Source: an uncultured bacterium (GTDB lineage Bacteria > Patescibacteriota > Minisyncoccia > Phycocordibacterales > GWA1-40-21). From it: a stretch of 64,000 nucleotides of DNA. Below are positions 37,048-46,446 of this stretch, in pieces. The position numbers were made by a program, and so were the translations under genes. The notes beneath the pieces are model-generated. The model saw only the letters and a program-made list of their open reading frames with translations, did no database searches and had not been told where the DNA came from. Each line of letters opens with the position of its first letter. Positions within the stretch are counted from its first letter, which is position 1. The DNA lies in the NCBI GenBank assembly GCA_903823865.1, contig CAIJUJ010000021.1, positions 6,732 through 70,731 on the forward strand, given 5' to 3'.

Positions 37048-37614
37048 ATGAAAAAAGAAGTTGAAATATTAGTTGAAGTTTTTGATAAAAAGAAAAAAGC
37101 CATAAAAAAGCTCAGTATGTGTAAATTTTTAGGAAATAATAAAACCTTAGATATTTATATATTTGATCCAAAAAGTAATTCTTTGAAACCTGATAAAAAT
37201 GGACAGCTTAAAAATTGTCTACGTATCAGAAGTAAAAATAGAAAAACTTATGTTGCTTATAAAGTTGATTATTTTGATAAAAAAGGAATTTGGTTATATT
37301 CAGATGAACATGAAATAGAAACTTCTGATTTTAAAAACACACTACAAATATTTAAAAAATTAGGATACAAAGAATTAGTAAAAATAGAAAATATAAAATC
37401 AACATTTATAACACCTAAATATGAAGTGGTACTTGAGGATGTAAAAAACCTTGGTTATTTTATGGAAGTCGAAAGACATAATGTAAAATCTAATGAAAAT
37501 ATAGTAAAAGTAAAAAAAGAAATTTGGGCTTGGATACAAAAACTTGGTATAAATGTTGGATTAGAACTTAAAATGGGTAAACCGGAATTGATGTTGAGGA
37601 AAAGAACAAAATAA
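37048..37614 (+). CDS. CYTH-domain protein (CyaB/ThTPase-like)
   Basis: N-terminal 'EVEILVEV' ExExK-type motif; ~180-aa beta-barrel size. Confidence 0.55.
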   Translation: MKKEVEILVEVFDKKKKAIKKLSMCKFLGNNKTLDIYIFDPKSNSLKPDKNGQLKNCLRIRSKNRKTYVAYKVDYFDKKGIWLYSDEHEIETSDFKNTLQIFKKLGYKELVKIENIKSTFITPKYEVVLEDVKNLGYFMEVERHNVKSNENIVKVKKEIWAWIQKLGINVGLELKMGKPELMLRKRTK

Positions 37615-37622
37615 ATTTTATT

Positions 37623-37910
37623 ATGGCAAAATTAACTTTAGGTGGAAAAATTACGAATAGTCATTCATCTCTTACTGAAACCGCTGAAAAATTGGTTGTA
37701 AAAGCAGTCAAATTAGAACTTATCTCAAAAATCAGCATTTCAACAATTACGCATGTTGGCGGTGGAAGAAAAAGTTTAAAATTTCTCCCCATTACCGGTG
37801 GTGTTAAAGCTGTTGTTCGCGGTAGCGGTTCAGTTCAAGATATTTATATTTACACAACAAATCCAGAAGTTACAAAATTTGATTTGGAAAAAATATTCTT
37901 AAATATTTAG
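37623..37910 (+). CDS. hypothetical protein
   Basis: 95-aa ORF immediately downstream of the CYTH gene. Confidence 0.4.
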   Translation: MAKLTLGGKITNSHSSLTETAEKLVVKAVKLELISKISISTITHVGGGRKSLKFLPITGGVKAVVRGSGSVQDIYIYTTNPEVTKFDLEKIFLNI

Positions 37911-37999
37911 TTTTTGTGCGAAGCAAACTATGTTAGACTAATATAAAATATATTATGTCAAAAATAATAAAAAACCCATTAAAGAATTTTCTAAGAATT

Positions 38000-38111
38000 G
38001 GTCTTTGCGAGTAAAATGTGAGGAAGCAAAAGTCTTTGCTTCCGCAAGACCTTGAATGTTTTGTAATCAAAATGTGAAAGGTGTACAGTTCCTGTAAGGA
38101 ACAATCCAGGT
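38000..38111. repeat. intergenic repeat modules related to the tRNA-linked elements
   Basis: ggtctttgcgag...GAAGCAAA-AGTC-TTTGCTTC...cgcaagacc nested hairpin (38000-38051); 'gtgaaaggtgtacagttcctgtaaggaacaatccaggtt' shares 'gaaaggtgtac' with family II. Confidence 0.4.
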
Positions 38112-38127
38112 TAAATAAATAAACATT

Positions 38128-39240
38128 ATGTTAAAATTTAAAAAAAGTGAAAATTCACATAGGGCTAGTAAAAAAAATTGGCTTGTAATTAGTATTTCAT
38201 GTTTGCTGATTTTAATACTTTTCATTTTTATTTTTGGTAGAAGTACTTCTTATAAAGTTGATGCTGATGGGAATGTCATTAAAAAAATTTCCCAGCTTGA
38301 TGTAAAAGAATACGACAGAAGATTAAATATGCTTGCTCATATTGCTACAAGCACTGCAACGAGCACTCTTGCTTCAACGACGTCTGCAACTTCCACTGCA
38401 TCAACTACAAAAAAAAGTCTTTGGCCAGTAAAAACTGTTTACCCAAATGCTGGGGCAATATTACCCTTCAATCGCATAGTGGCTTATTATGGAAATCTTT
38501 CATCAAAAAGCATGGGGGTTTTGGGGCAATATCCAGAAGAAGAAATGTTAACAAGATTACAAGCAGATACGCAAAAATGGACTGACGCGGATCCAGAAAC
38601 ACCAGCAATTCCAGCACTTCACTACATCGCTGTAACAGCTCAAGGTCTTCCTGGCGTAGATAAAAAATATAGATTACGCATGCCCGATTCTGAAATAGAT
38701 AAAGTGGTAACGATGGCTAAAAAAATCAATGCTATCGTAATACTTGATATACAGGTAGGTTTAAGCACGATACAAGATGAACTTCCATTACTTGATAAAT
38801 ATATTAAAATGCCACAAGTTCATATTTCTATTGACCCTGAGTTTTCTATGAAAAATGGGCAGCGCCCTGGTTTTGAATATGTCGGAACATATGATGCGAC
38901 AGATATAAATTATATTATTGATTATTTGGCAAAAATAGTTGATGAAAATAATCTTCCGCCAAAAGTTTTAGTAATTCACCGCTACAGACAAGAAATGGTT
39001 ACAAATTATAAATTAATTAAAACTGTACCCGAAGTGCAAATAATTATGGATATGGATGGATGGGGTCCAAAAGATCACAAACTTGCAAGCTACACAAAAT
39101 ATATTTACAAAGAACCAGTTCAGTTTACAGGTTTTAAACTTTTCTATAAAAATGATTTGTGGAAACCAAGCACTGGTATGATGACGCCAGAAGAAGTATT
39201 AAAATTAACTCCATCGCCTATTTATATCCAGTATCAATAA
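38128..39240 (+). CDS. membrane-anchored extracytoplasmic protein, possibly TIM-barrel hydrolase-like
   Basis: TM anchor, Thr/Ser-rich linker, 270-aa globular domain; no confident family. Confidence 0.45.
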   Translation: MLKFKKSENSHRASKKNWLVISISCLLILILFIFIFGRSTSYKVDADGNVIKKISQLDVKEYDRRLNMLAHIATSTATSTLASTTSATSTASTTKKSLWPVKTVYPNAGAILPFNRIVAYYGNLSSKSMGVLGQYPEEEMLTRLQADTQKWTDADPETPAIPALHYIAVTAQGLPGVDKKYRLRMPDSEIDKVVTMAKKINAIVILDIQVGLSTIQDELPLLDKYIKMPQVHISIDPEFSMKNGQRPGFEYVGTYDATDINYIIDYLAKIVDENNLPPKVLVIHRYRQEMVTNYKLIKTVPEVQIIMDMDGWGPKDHKLASYTKYIYKEPVQFTGFKLFYKNDLWKPSTGMMTPEEVLKLTPSPIYIQYQ

Positions 39241-39246
39241 AAAAAA

Positions 39247-39272
39247 GGACGACCGCGAAGCGGCCGTCCAAA
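39247..39272. terminator. terminator hairpin
   Basis: ggacgaccgc-gaag-cggccgtcc with a flanking A-run. Confidence 0.6.
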
Positions 39273-39273
39273 A

Positions 39274-39567
39274 TCATAATTTCCACGCGCTAGGAGGAAT
39301 TTTTAATTCCCCCTTAAATTCGATTTTCACAGCTTGAGCGCCTAAAAAGGCGGCCACCAAACCACAAAAATACATCCAGCCTTGAGGCGTTAACCAGCTG
39401 TTCTGATCAATACACATCACGATTTTGACCAGAAAAAATAAGAACGCTAACACGGTAAACAAGTCGACAAAAAATCTTATCTTCTTGTTCTCATGTAGCA
39501 TTAATATTAAGGCCCCGGCTACTGTAGATATTGCTACAAATACCACGAATATAAGTGCTGTTTTCAT
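39274..39567 (-). CDS. small 3-TM membrane protein, locally GC-rich
   Basis: 97 aa; the ORF sequence is visibly more GC-rich than its surroundings. Confidence 0.45.
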   Translation of the reverse strand: MKTALIFVVFVAISTVAGALILMLHENKKIRFFVDLFTVLAFLFFLVKIVMCIDQNSWLTPQGWMYFCGLVAAFLGAQAVKIEFKGELKIPPSAWKL

Positions 39568-39645
39568 ACAGCCTCCTTTTATTTAGTTTTAACGTTCCTT
39601 CTCCCTTAATCTAATACATAATAAGATTTTTGTAAATAGACAATA

Positions 39646-39690
39646 AAAAGGACGGCTCGTAAGCGAGCCGCCCTTTGTATTTTTATTTTA
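39646..39690. terminator. terminator hairpin
   Basis: ggacggctcg-taag-cgagccgccc with flanking T-run and A-run. Confidence 0.55.
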
Positions 39691-39719
39691 CTAAATACTT
39701 TATTCTATATACTGTATTC

Positions 39720-40244
39720 TTATTTCTTCCCTTTCTTTTTAACAACTTTTTTTATTTCTTTTTTGGGTAAAGAAACTATCATGCTTTTAACAACTTCTTT
39801 TTTTGCTGAATGTGTTCCTGAAAGATTCTCAATGGAAGCAATAAGTTTGTCTAGTTTAAAATTCAATGATTCTAACTGCTTTTTTACATCGTTGTTTACT
39901 GGTGATGAATCATTTGCTGGGAAACTTGGTCGAGCTGGTCTATCATTAAAGTCTCTTCTAGGAGCTCTGTCTTGACCTGCGCCTTGGCTTCTAAAGCAAT
40001 CATTACAATACACTGGTTTGCCTGCTGTAGGCTTAAATGGGACCTCACAGGGCTTTTTACAAGCATCACATGTGACTTTTGTCATTGTGACTGGGCCTCT
40101 GTCTTCTCTTCTAAAACTTGGCCTCCCACCATCTCTTCTACCTCCAAAACCACCTCTATTACCACCGCCAAATCCTCCACCTCCTCGATTAAAATTTCCC
40201 ATCCCGTTAGAGATTAAAGCGTTATGTATTGGCACTTTAATCAA
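39720..40244 (-). CDS. Gly/Arg-rich (RGG-like) protein with CxxC-x16-CxxC zinc ribbon and Lys-rich tail
   Basis: 'GGGGFGGGNRGGFGGRRDGGR' then 'CDACKKPC...CNDCF'. Confidence 0.5.
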   Translation of the reverse strand: MIKVPIHNALISNGMGNFNRGGGGFGGGNRGGFGGRRDGGRPSFRREDRGPVTMTKVTCDACKKPCEVPFKPTAGKPVYCNDCFRSQGAGQDRAPRRDFNDRPARPSFPANDSSPVNNDVKKQLESLNFKLDKLIASIENLSGTHSAKKEVVKSMIVSLPKKEIKKVVKKKGKK

Positions 40245-40382
40245 ATTATTTTATAAATATATTATTGACTTGCTTGGCTCCAATAGTACAACGGAAATCA
40301 CAGATTTCCTATCTCTAACGGGACCATTTTTTTATAATTAGTTAATAATACTTAATACATAGAGTATGCAATATTTTTACAT

Positions 40383-40470
40383 AAAAAGCAAGCCGGGTAG
40401 TGATTTGTCTTTGCGAGGAACAAAGTGACAAAGCAATCCAGGTTTGAATTACCATGTCTTTGCGAGCAAA
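40383..40470. repeat. intergenic repeat modules (two 'gtctttgcgag' units, 'caatccaggtt')
   Basis: Shares 'GTCTTTGCGAG' and 'aatccaggtt' with 38000-38111. Confidence 0.4.
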
Positions 40471-40584
40471 GACACAATTTTTGACTAATACTCAATTAAG
40501 GATTACCTAAGCTGAAGGCAGGCATAACAAAGTAGCTCTCTTGATGAGTGCTTTTTTGTTGATTACTATAATAATTAGCACCTA

Positions 40585-40676
40585 TTGCATAATTATAACA
40601 GTCTATGATATAATACTGATATCACTACGAAAGAGACCCCGATACAGATTCGTCTGTATTGGGGGCTTTTTCTTTT
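40585..40676 (+). ncRNA. candidate short sRNA: promoter TTGCAT-18-TGATATAAT driving a ~50-nt transcript ending at an intrinsic terminator
   Basis: Extended -10 'TGATATAAT' (40606-40614); hairpin ccccgatacaga-ttcg-tctgtattgggg (40637-40665) + T-tract. Confidence 0.25.
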
Positions 40677-40710
40677 ATCACAGATTTAGAGCAAAAAGGT
40701 TTTTAACGCC

Positions 40711-41193
40711 TTACAGCTTATTTGAAAACTTATGATATAAGTCGTTTAAAAAAGTTATTTCAATATTTTTATTTTTTAATAAAATAGAACACTTTTTCTT
40801 ATCAGGTGCTATTATGCTTTTAATTGATTTTTTCTCCTGCAAAAACTCAACCAGACAACCAAAATCACCATCACCAGTTATTAACATGCAAGAAGAAAAA
40901 GATTTTTCATAAAAATCAGATACAGTCTTCAATACCAGTTCCGCATCACAATTTCCTTTGATTTTTTCTCCAATTGAAACTGTTTGTTTAAAAACTAAAA
41001 TATAATCACAACTTTGAAGATGCTCGTAGAATTTTACTCTCTCAGGCACAAGCCCAATAAATAAATAGACTAATGCTGGATTGTATTTCTGACGAAGCCA
41101 TCCTCGATATTTCTTATAATCAATTTCAAAACCCAGCTCTTTGGCTGAACGATATAAGTTATTGCCATCAATGTAAATATTTATTTTGTTCAC
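40711..41193 (-). CDS. NYN/LabA-like (PIN-fold) domain protein
   Basis: 'IYIDGNNL', 'ITGDGDFG' motifs of the NYN family. Confidence 0.7.
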   Translation of the reverse strand: MNKINIYIDGNNLYRSAKELGFEIDYKKYRGWLRQKYNPALVYLFIGLVPERVKFYEHLQSCDYILVFKQTVSIGEKIKGNCDAELVLKTVSDFYEKSFSSCMLITGDGDFGCLVEFLQEKKSIKSIIAPDKKKCSILLKNKNIEITFLNDLYHKFSNKL

Positions 41194-41269
41194 GTTAAGA
41201 TTATATCATGCAGTTATAATAAATATATTAACATAAAAAAATAAAATTTAATGTAGAAAAATACAAAAT

Positions 41270-41302
41270 GCGGGGCGACTTCGTCGCCCCGCCTTGCTTT
41301 AT
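41270..41302. terminator. bidirectional terminator
   Basis: aaaatgcggggcgac-ttcg-tcgccccgcc. Confidence 0.75.
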
Positions 41303-41347
41303 TTATCTACTTTTAACTTTCAAACTTGAAACTTTTAATCTATCTTC

Positions 41348-42976
41348 CTATTTCACCGGCAACTCCACAAAGAAAGTGCTTCCCTTTCCAGCACCAGCAG
41401 ACTCAAACCAAACTTTACCTTTATGTTTTTCAACAACACCTTTTACAAAAGCCAAACCATATCCAGAACTATTTACATTTATTTTTATTGATTCACTGCC
41501 AACACCACCTGCTTTAAATAATTTATCTTTGTCTTCTTTTTTAATTCCAACACCAGTATCTTTTACAGACAAAAGGACTTTTCCACCGGCTTGTTTCAAA
41601 CGAATTGATATTTCTCCACTTGGCGTATAGTGCATAGAATTTTCTATCAAGTTTCTGACTGCTTCCCCAAGTTGAATGCTATCACCCAAAATATTATATG
41701 CTCCATTTGCAATATCCACACTAAGTTTCAAACCTTTCTTTTCAATTGCTCCTTTTATTTTTTCTATAACAACGGAAACTATTTCTTTAAAATCAACTGG
41801 CTTCATATCAAAAGTAAGCGAACCGCTTTCGGCACTATCACCTCTCAAAATACCAGTAACATATTCCACTCCACCCTCAGAATTTTCCTTTCCTTTCATA
41901 ATTAAATCCTTTGCTTCTTCTGGGACTTTGCCATAATCGTCTGTCAAAAGTTCCGCAAATATGTTTCTGTTTATACCGAGATATCCTTTAATCTGGTGAT
42001 TCATAATGTGAATAAGATTTTTTTGCCCATCATTTGCTACTAAAAGTTTTTCATTCAAAATATCTTCTTTTTTTACAGAGCGAACAAGAATAAGACCGAG
42101 AATACTAGAAATAACTAAAGTAATTGATGTTAATATTTTTACAGTTAAACTAGAATCTTGTAAATAAAAGAATTGGGAACCAATTAAGATAACTGATGCC
42201 CAAACAAGAGCTTGTGCACCAATAAGTTTAATATTAAATGTTTTAAATTTGACAATGAGAATACTGATATAGATCATAAATATTACCATTCCAAAAAGTC
42301 CGTATATTTCAATTTCTGAATTTGGCAACACTCCTGTTTTTGTGAGATAAGTTGCAACAAATTCCATACCAAAAAAGGAAAAAAGAAACAATTCAATACC
42401 CGCCCCCATGAGAATTACTTGTTTTTTAAAACTAGAATCTGAGGTACGATATTTACGGATAAGCAAAATCAATATCCAAATCATAGCCAAAAAACCAAGA
42501 GAGCTTGCATAAGTTTTCAGCGACAGAGATTCAAAATCGAAAGCATCACAATTTGTTATGTTAAAACCGCCTACATTAAAATTAGTAGGTGCTAAAATTA
42601 AAATAGGAGCAAGCAATGTTAAAAAAATGATTTTAATTCGAACTAAAACATTTTTTTTATCCAAAAACACGTATATAAAATAAATACTGAATATGGCAAT
42701 AAGGCCAAGAATTAAATTGTAAAATGGCCAAACAAAAGCCATTAGACCTCCGTCATTACCAGCCCACACAATAAGTGTTGTAAATATCCAGAGCGAAAAA
42801 AGAATTGTGATTAAAAAGAGAAGACGATTTAATAATATTTTTTTGCCATTCAAAAAAATATAAAAGCCCAACAAAAGAGCTATTATTGTTGCTGGAATTT
42901 GAGCATAATACAATAATGCTGGAACATCATGAGAGAATAAAAGATATGTTGGTGCAGAGTATAAATAACAAATCAT
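41348..42976 (-). CDS. sensor histidine kinase with multi-pass N-terminal membrane domain (orphan, no response regulator adjacent)
   Basis: ~8 TM helices; H-box 'IMNHQIKGYL'; HATPase_c N/G boxes 'NLIENSMHYT', 'DTGVGI', 'GYGLAFVK'. Confidence 0.8.
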   Translation of the reverse strand: MICYLYSAPTYLLFSHDVPALLYYAQIPATIIALLLGFYIFLNGKKILLNRLLFLITILFSLWIFTTLIVWAGNDGGLMAFVWPFYNLILGLIAIFSIYFIYVFLDKKNVLVRIKIIFLTLLAPILILAPTNFNVGGFNITNCDAFDFESLSLKTYASSLGFLAMIWILILLIRKYRTSDSSFKKQVILMGAGIELFLFSFFGMEFVATYLTKTGVLPNSEIEIYGLFGMVIFMIYISILIVKFKTFNIKLIGAQALVWASVILIGSQFFYLQDSSLTVKILTSITLVISSILGLILVRSVKKEDILNEKLLVANDGQKNLIHIMNHQIKGYLGINRNIFAELLTDDYGKVPEEAKDLIMKGKENSEGGVEYVTGILRGDSAESGSLTFDMKPVDFKEIVSVVIEKIKGAIEKKGLKLSVDIANGAYNILGDSIQLGEAVRNLIENSMHYTPSGEISIRLKQAGGKVLLSVKDTGVGIKKEDKDKLFKAGGVGSESIKINVNSSGYGLAFVKGVVEKHKGKVWFESAGAGKGSTFFVELPVK

Positions 42977-43389
42977 ATATTTATATTATTTGAATCATTA
43001 ATAAGGTTAGTTTGGGTGTTTATTTGTGTATCCACTAGTGTCTGACAAGTATTATCATTATTACTGGTTACTTTGTTACAATATGTTATAGAACATTTAC
43101 GGTCAGTCGGAAGACAAATATTAGAAGTCGCGCAGTCTGTTATATCGATTCCACATTCTTTATATAAATCTGGTTCATATTTTTGCATTTTAGAATAATA
43201 GTCTGGCTTTGTGCATGCATCATCATCACAACTCATAAAACACTTCCCTGTAGCCGGATCACATGAACCATGATAACCAACGATATAATCATGCTTAACC
43301 ATAAAACGATGGTAAGAAAAAACAACAACAAAAAATACACCTAAAATAAGTATTAAAAAGAAGAAATGATCGCGAAAATATATTTTCAT
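42973..43389 (-). CDS. membrane-anchored cysteine-rich small protein (paralog of 47824-48228)
   Basis: TM helix then 'SCDPATGKCFMSCD..AC..YY..C...C...C..YCN' 8-Cys pattern. Confidence 0.5.
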   Translation of the reverse strand: MKIYFRDHFFFLILILGVFFVVVFSYHRFMVKHDYIVGYHGSCDPATGKCFMSCDDDACTKPDYYSKMQKYEPDLYKECGIDITDCATSNICLPTDRKCSITYCNKVTSNNDNTCQTLVDTQINTQTNLINDSNNINI

Positions 43390-43444
43390 AGAAGTAAATA
43401 GATTATATCAAATATAATTCATCACGTGAAGTTAAAATAAAGAC

Positions 43445-44359
43445 TTATTTCATAAAAAGTAAGTATGTTCCAATTCCTGTTATACAAATAGCAAAAATCT
43501 TCTGCCATAAATGTTTAGCTTGTATTTTTTCAGATGCTATATTTTTGAAAAAGACTGTTAGAAATATTCCTATAGCAAGCACAAAAACTGGTTGAAAAGA
43601 ATTTGTTAATAGAACAAGTGACACAGGAGCCATTATAACTACAAATGAAAAAATAACATTGCCAAGAACATACAAAGCTTCATTTAAAAAATTAAAAGCC
43701 CAAATTTTTTTTGAATTATTTTTAATTGCCAGTAAAAGGTTTTCTCGGTACTTGCGAATAAATATAAATATTAAGATTCCAACTACAGCTAATGTTAAAT
43801 TTTCCCAAAAAAGGGATCTAACGACATTCTCTTCAAGAGCAACCATTTTAAATACAGTTTCACCAGCTGCCCAAAAAAAAGCTGCCGCAAGCATTGGGAG
43901 AACTACTTTTCGGCGAAGTTTAAACTTATTATCTATATCTATCTCGAAAGAAACTATAGTGGTTCCAAAAATCACTAATGCCATAGCTATTAGTTGTAAT
44001 TTAGTAAGATTTTCCCCCAAAATTAAATATCCTAATATGTATGCAAATATAGGTACTAATTGATAAAACACAATTACAACTGATGCTTCATCATGTTTTA
44101 AAGCTATTAAATAAAACCACAACACTAATAAATGGAAGATAGCTACTACAACTAAAACCAACATATTACTTAAGCTAACGTTAAATATTGACGGGTCGGC
44201 TAAGAGCAAGAATGGAAGAGCCAAAACAGAAAAAATAGCAGAAAAAAGAAAAAGTGTACCTATTCCACCCTTAAAATACTTTTCTAGAAGTATTTTGTCT
44301 AAATGATTTGTGCAAGCGTAGAAAAATGTACCAATTAGAGCTATAAAAAACCAAGTCAT
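43445..44359 (-). CDS. DMT-superfamily (EamA-like) transporter
   Basis: 304 aa, ~10 TM helices in two repeats. Confidence 0.75.
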   Translation of the reverse strand: MTWFFIALIGTFFYACTNHLDKILLEKYFKGGIGTLFLFSAIFSVLALPFLLLADPSIFNVSLSNMLVLVVVAIFHLLVLWFYLIALKHDEASVVIVFYQLVPIFAYILGYLILGENLTKLQLIAMALVIFGTTIVSFEIDIDNKFKLRRKVVLPMLAAAFFWAAGETVFKMVALEENVVRSLFWENLTLAVVGILIFIFIRKYRENLLLAIKNNSKKIWAFNFLNEALYVLGNVIFSFVVIMAPVSLVLLTNSFQPVFVLAIGIFLTVFFKNIASEKIQAKHLWQKIFAICITGIGTYLLFMK

Positions 44360-44374
44360 GGTTTATATTATATA

Positions 44375-45313
44375 TTATTTATCAATAAAAGAAACCTTGT
44401 ATTTTTTTAGGAAACTTATTGGGCGATAACTTATTTTTGATTTTCTTAAATTTTCAATACCTAAATCTTGTTCCCAGTTACAAAATTCTACGCCTTCATT
44501 TTTTAAATGTTGGGATAGTTTTTTATTTAAGAAAACATTAATGTCCTTATACAAAGGATCAACTTTAGAAAAATGAGCTACAGCGTATTTTTGTGGCAAT
44601 ATCTCATCAATCTCAAAACCTATAAGATTATCATTTAAATAACAGGTAAAAATTACGAGGTTTTTATTTTCCATTTGTAATATTTTATTAAGCGCCTTTT
44701 TTTCACTCTCAAGACCTAGATTTTCTGTTTCAGAATTTGATTCTTTTCTTACTGTCAATTTTTGCAATAAATTAATAATATGCTCACGAACAATAGAATT
44801 TATGAAATTTTCAGATTTAAAAACTATATTTGGATACAAAGTTAAGCATTTATTTACCTCCTGTCTTTTTGTTTTATATTTTGCACCTCTAAAAATAGCT
44901 ATTTGTGAAGTTGAAAAAATATAATCAAAATTGTCTCTGTCCTCTTCAACTTTAAAATCGTGGCTTTCTAGTCCATTTATTGATTCTTCAGGTACAAATC
45001 GAAGAATCGGAGATATCCCAGATTTTTCAGCAAAATATATTAGTTCTTGCGCTGTTTCCTTGGGTTTGTTATTACCTAGAAAAGAAAAACAAATTTCACT
45101 TGTCTCATAATCGGTAAATCGTACAACTAGATTTCCATTCAACGTAGAAACCATACGTTTACCAATTACGTCCCACGCCCACAAACTCGTAAAATTAAAA
45201 TCCGAATAAGGCTTATACTGGTAGGTGTACGACTCGATGATTTTTCTATCTTCAATATCAATTTTTTTAAAATTAGGAAATGCAGGAATCATATTGTAAG
45301 GGTAATTAGACAA
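44375..45313 (-). CDS. DUF2156/MprF-C-terminal-like (GNAT-fold aminoacyl-transferase-like) protein
   Basis: 312 aa, soluble; weak resemblance to the lysyl-PG synthase C-domain family. Confidence 0.35.
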   Translation of the reverse strand: MSNYPYNMIPAFPNFKKIDIEDRKIIESYTYQYKPYSDFNFTSLWAWDVIGKRMVSTLNGNLVVRFTDYETSEICFSFLGNNKPKETAQELIYFAEKSGISPILRFVPEESINGLESHDFKVEEDRDNFDYIFSTSQIAIFRGAKYKTKRQEVNKCLTLYPNIVFKSENFINSIVREHIINLLQKLTVRKESNSETENLGLESEKKALNKILQMENKNLVIFTCYLNDNLIGFEIDEILPQKYAVAHFSKVDPLYKDINVFLNKKLSQHLKNEGVEFCNWEQDLGIENLRKSKISYRPISFLKKYKVSFIDK

Positions 45314-45319
45314 AAATAA

Positions 45320-45826
45320 TTAAATTAGATTCTTTAACGGATACCTTGTGCCGCGCTTAATAAAATTTGTTTCCGCATCTGATAATTTAAAAGCTTCGGT
45401 AAAATAGTCTATTATTGTTTTTGAATCTAAATTTGATTTACATGTATATACATCAGCGCTTATAAAAAGACGTTTCGGAAAAGTGTGTAATGATATATGA
45501 CTTTCTGCAATAACAACAAAACCACTCCATCCACCTGGATCATTTTTATCATTATCTGGTGCAAAATAGACTTCTGGTTTTGAGAGTTTTTTCATACCAA
45601 GAATTTCTGGTAAATCATTTAATACCTTTAATACTAGATCTTTATCATTCAGTCTATCAAAGTTTCCATTATATCCATCTATTGTTAAATGTTCTCCAAA
45701 ATTAATCGTTTTTGTTTCCATCCAACAATTATACACAAATATTTCCAAAAGAAAAACCACCAACTTTTTCAAGACTGGTGTTTTTTCTTTTGGAAATATT
45801 ACCGACATACCACCATATATAAGCAA
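45320..45826 (-). CDS. S-adenosylmethionine decarboxylase proenzyme (pyruvoyl-dependent, small SpeH type)
   Basis: 'AESHISLHTFP' processing/active-site motif. Confidence 0.75.
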   Translation of the reverse strand: MLIYGGMSVIFPKEKTPVLKKLVVFLLEIFVYNCWMETKTINFGEHLTIDGYNGNFDRLNDKDLVLKVLNDLPEILGMKKLSKPEVYFAPDNDKNDPGGWSGFVVIAESHISLHTFPKRLFISADVYTCKSNLDSKTIIDYFTEAFKLSDAETNFIKRGTRYPLKNLI

Positions 45827-45850
45827 AAACGAAGGGAGTCTCTTCGTTTT

Positions 45851-46438
45851 TTAAAATTTTTTGTTTTTAATTTCTTCTTTAGTATAAGAGCCCCTATTCC
45901 AACCACCATGGATTTTTGTGATAAATTTTTTCAATTCATCATCAGACATAATTTTAAGTCCTAATTCGGAAGCCACTACACCCATTTCTTTTAATGCTTT
46001 TGTTACTTCTTTTTTATTATTTACCATTATCTCCATCTCACAATGAAAACCCCAGCTTTGAGTATACTTGATTGCAAATTCAACATTTTTATACAAATAA
46101 TTGTGACGATTTTGATAAGAGTACATGTGATTAGTAAAACCAAGAAGTTTAAATATTTTTATTATTTTATCAGCGTCCTCACGAGAAAAGTTTACATCAA
46201 TTTCTTCAAAATCACTACCTATACCAATCTCTTGAAGTTTCAATGTGATTTTAGCATTATTTTTTGAAATGTTATCAGTAACTTTAAGTAATTTATTAGG
46301 CAAAATAAAAAAATGTGAATCTTTATGATCCTCACCAAGATATTTTCCATTTTTTGCCAAAAAACGATTTAATTCAATAAATTGTTTTTCATCTATCAAT
46401 GCTCTTAATTCAACCTCAATATTTTTATCTAGTTTCAT
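45851..46438 (-). CDS. CYTH-domain protein (second copy)
   Basis: N-terminal 'IEVELRALI' ExExK motif. Confidence 0.5.
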   Translation of the reverse strand: MKLDKNIEVELRALIDEKQFIELNRFLAKNGKYLGEDHKDSHFFILPNKLLKVTDNISKNNAKITLKLQEIGIGSDFEEIDVNFSREDADKIIKIFKLLGFTNHMYSYQNRHNYLYKNVEFAIKYTQSWGFHCEMEIMVNNKKEVTKALKEMGVVASELGLKIMSDDELKKFITKIHGGWNRGSYTKEEIKNKKF

Positions 46439-46446
46439 CTAGTTCT

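Noticed and set aside
37991-40470. CRISPR array explanation for repeated 'gtctttgcgag' and hairpin modules
   Set aside because: Repeats are irregularly spaced, non-identical and intergenic-scattered. No cas genes are present.
40541-40735. 64-aa ORF (+)
   Set aside because: Hydrophobic low-complexity translation that spans a promoter and terminator pair; better explained as a short non-coding transcript.
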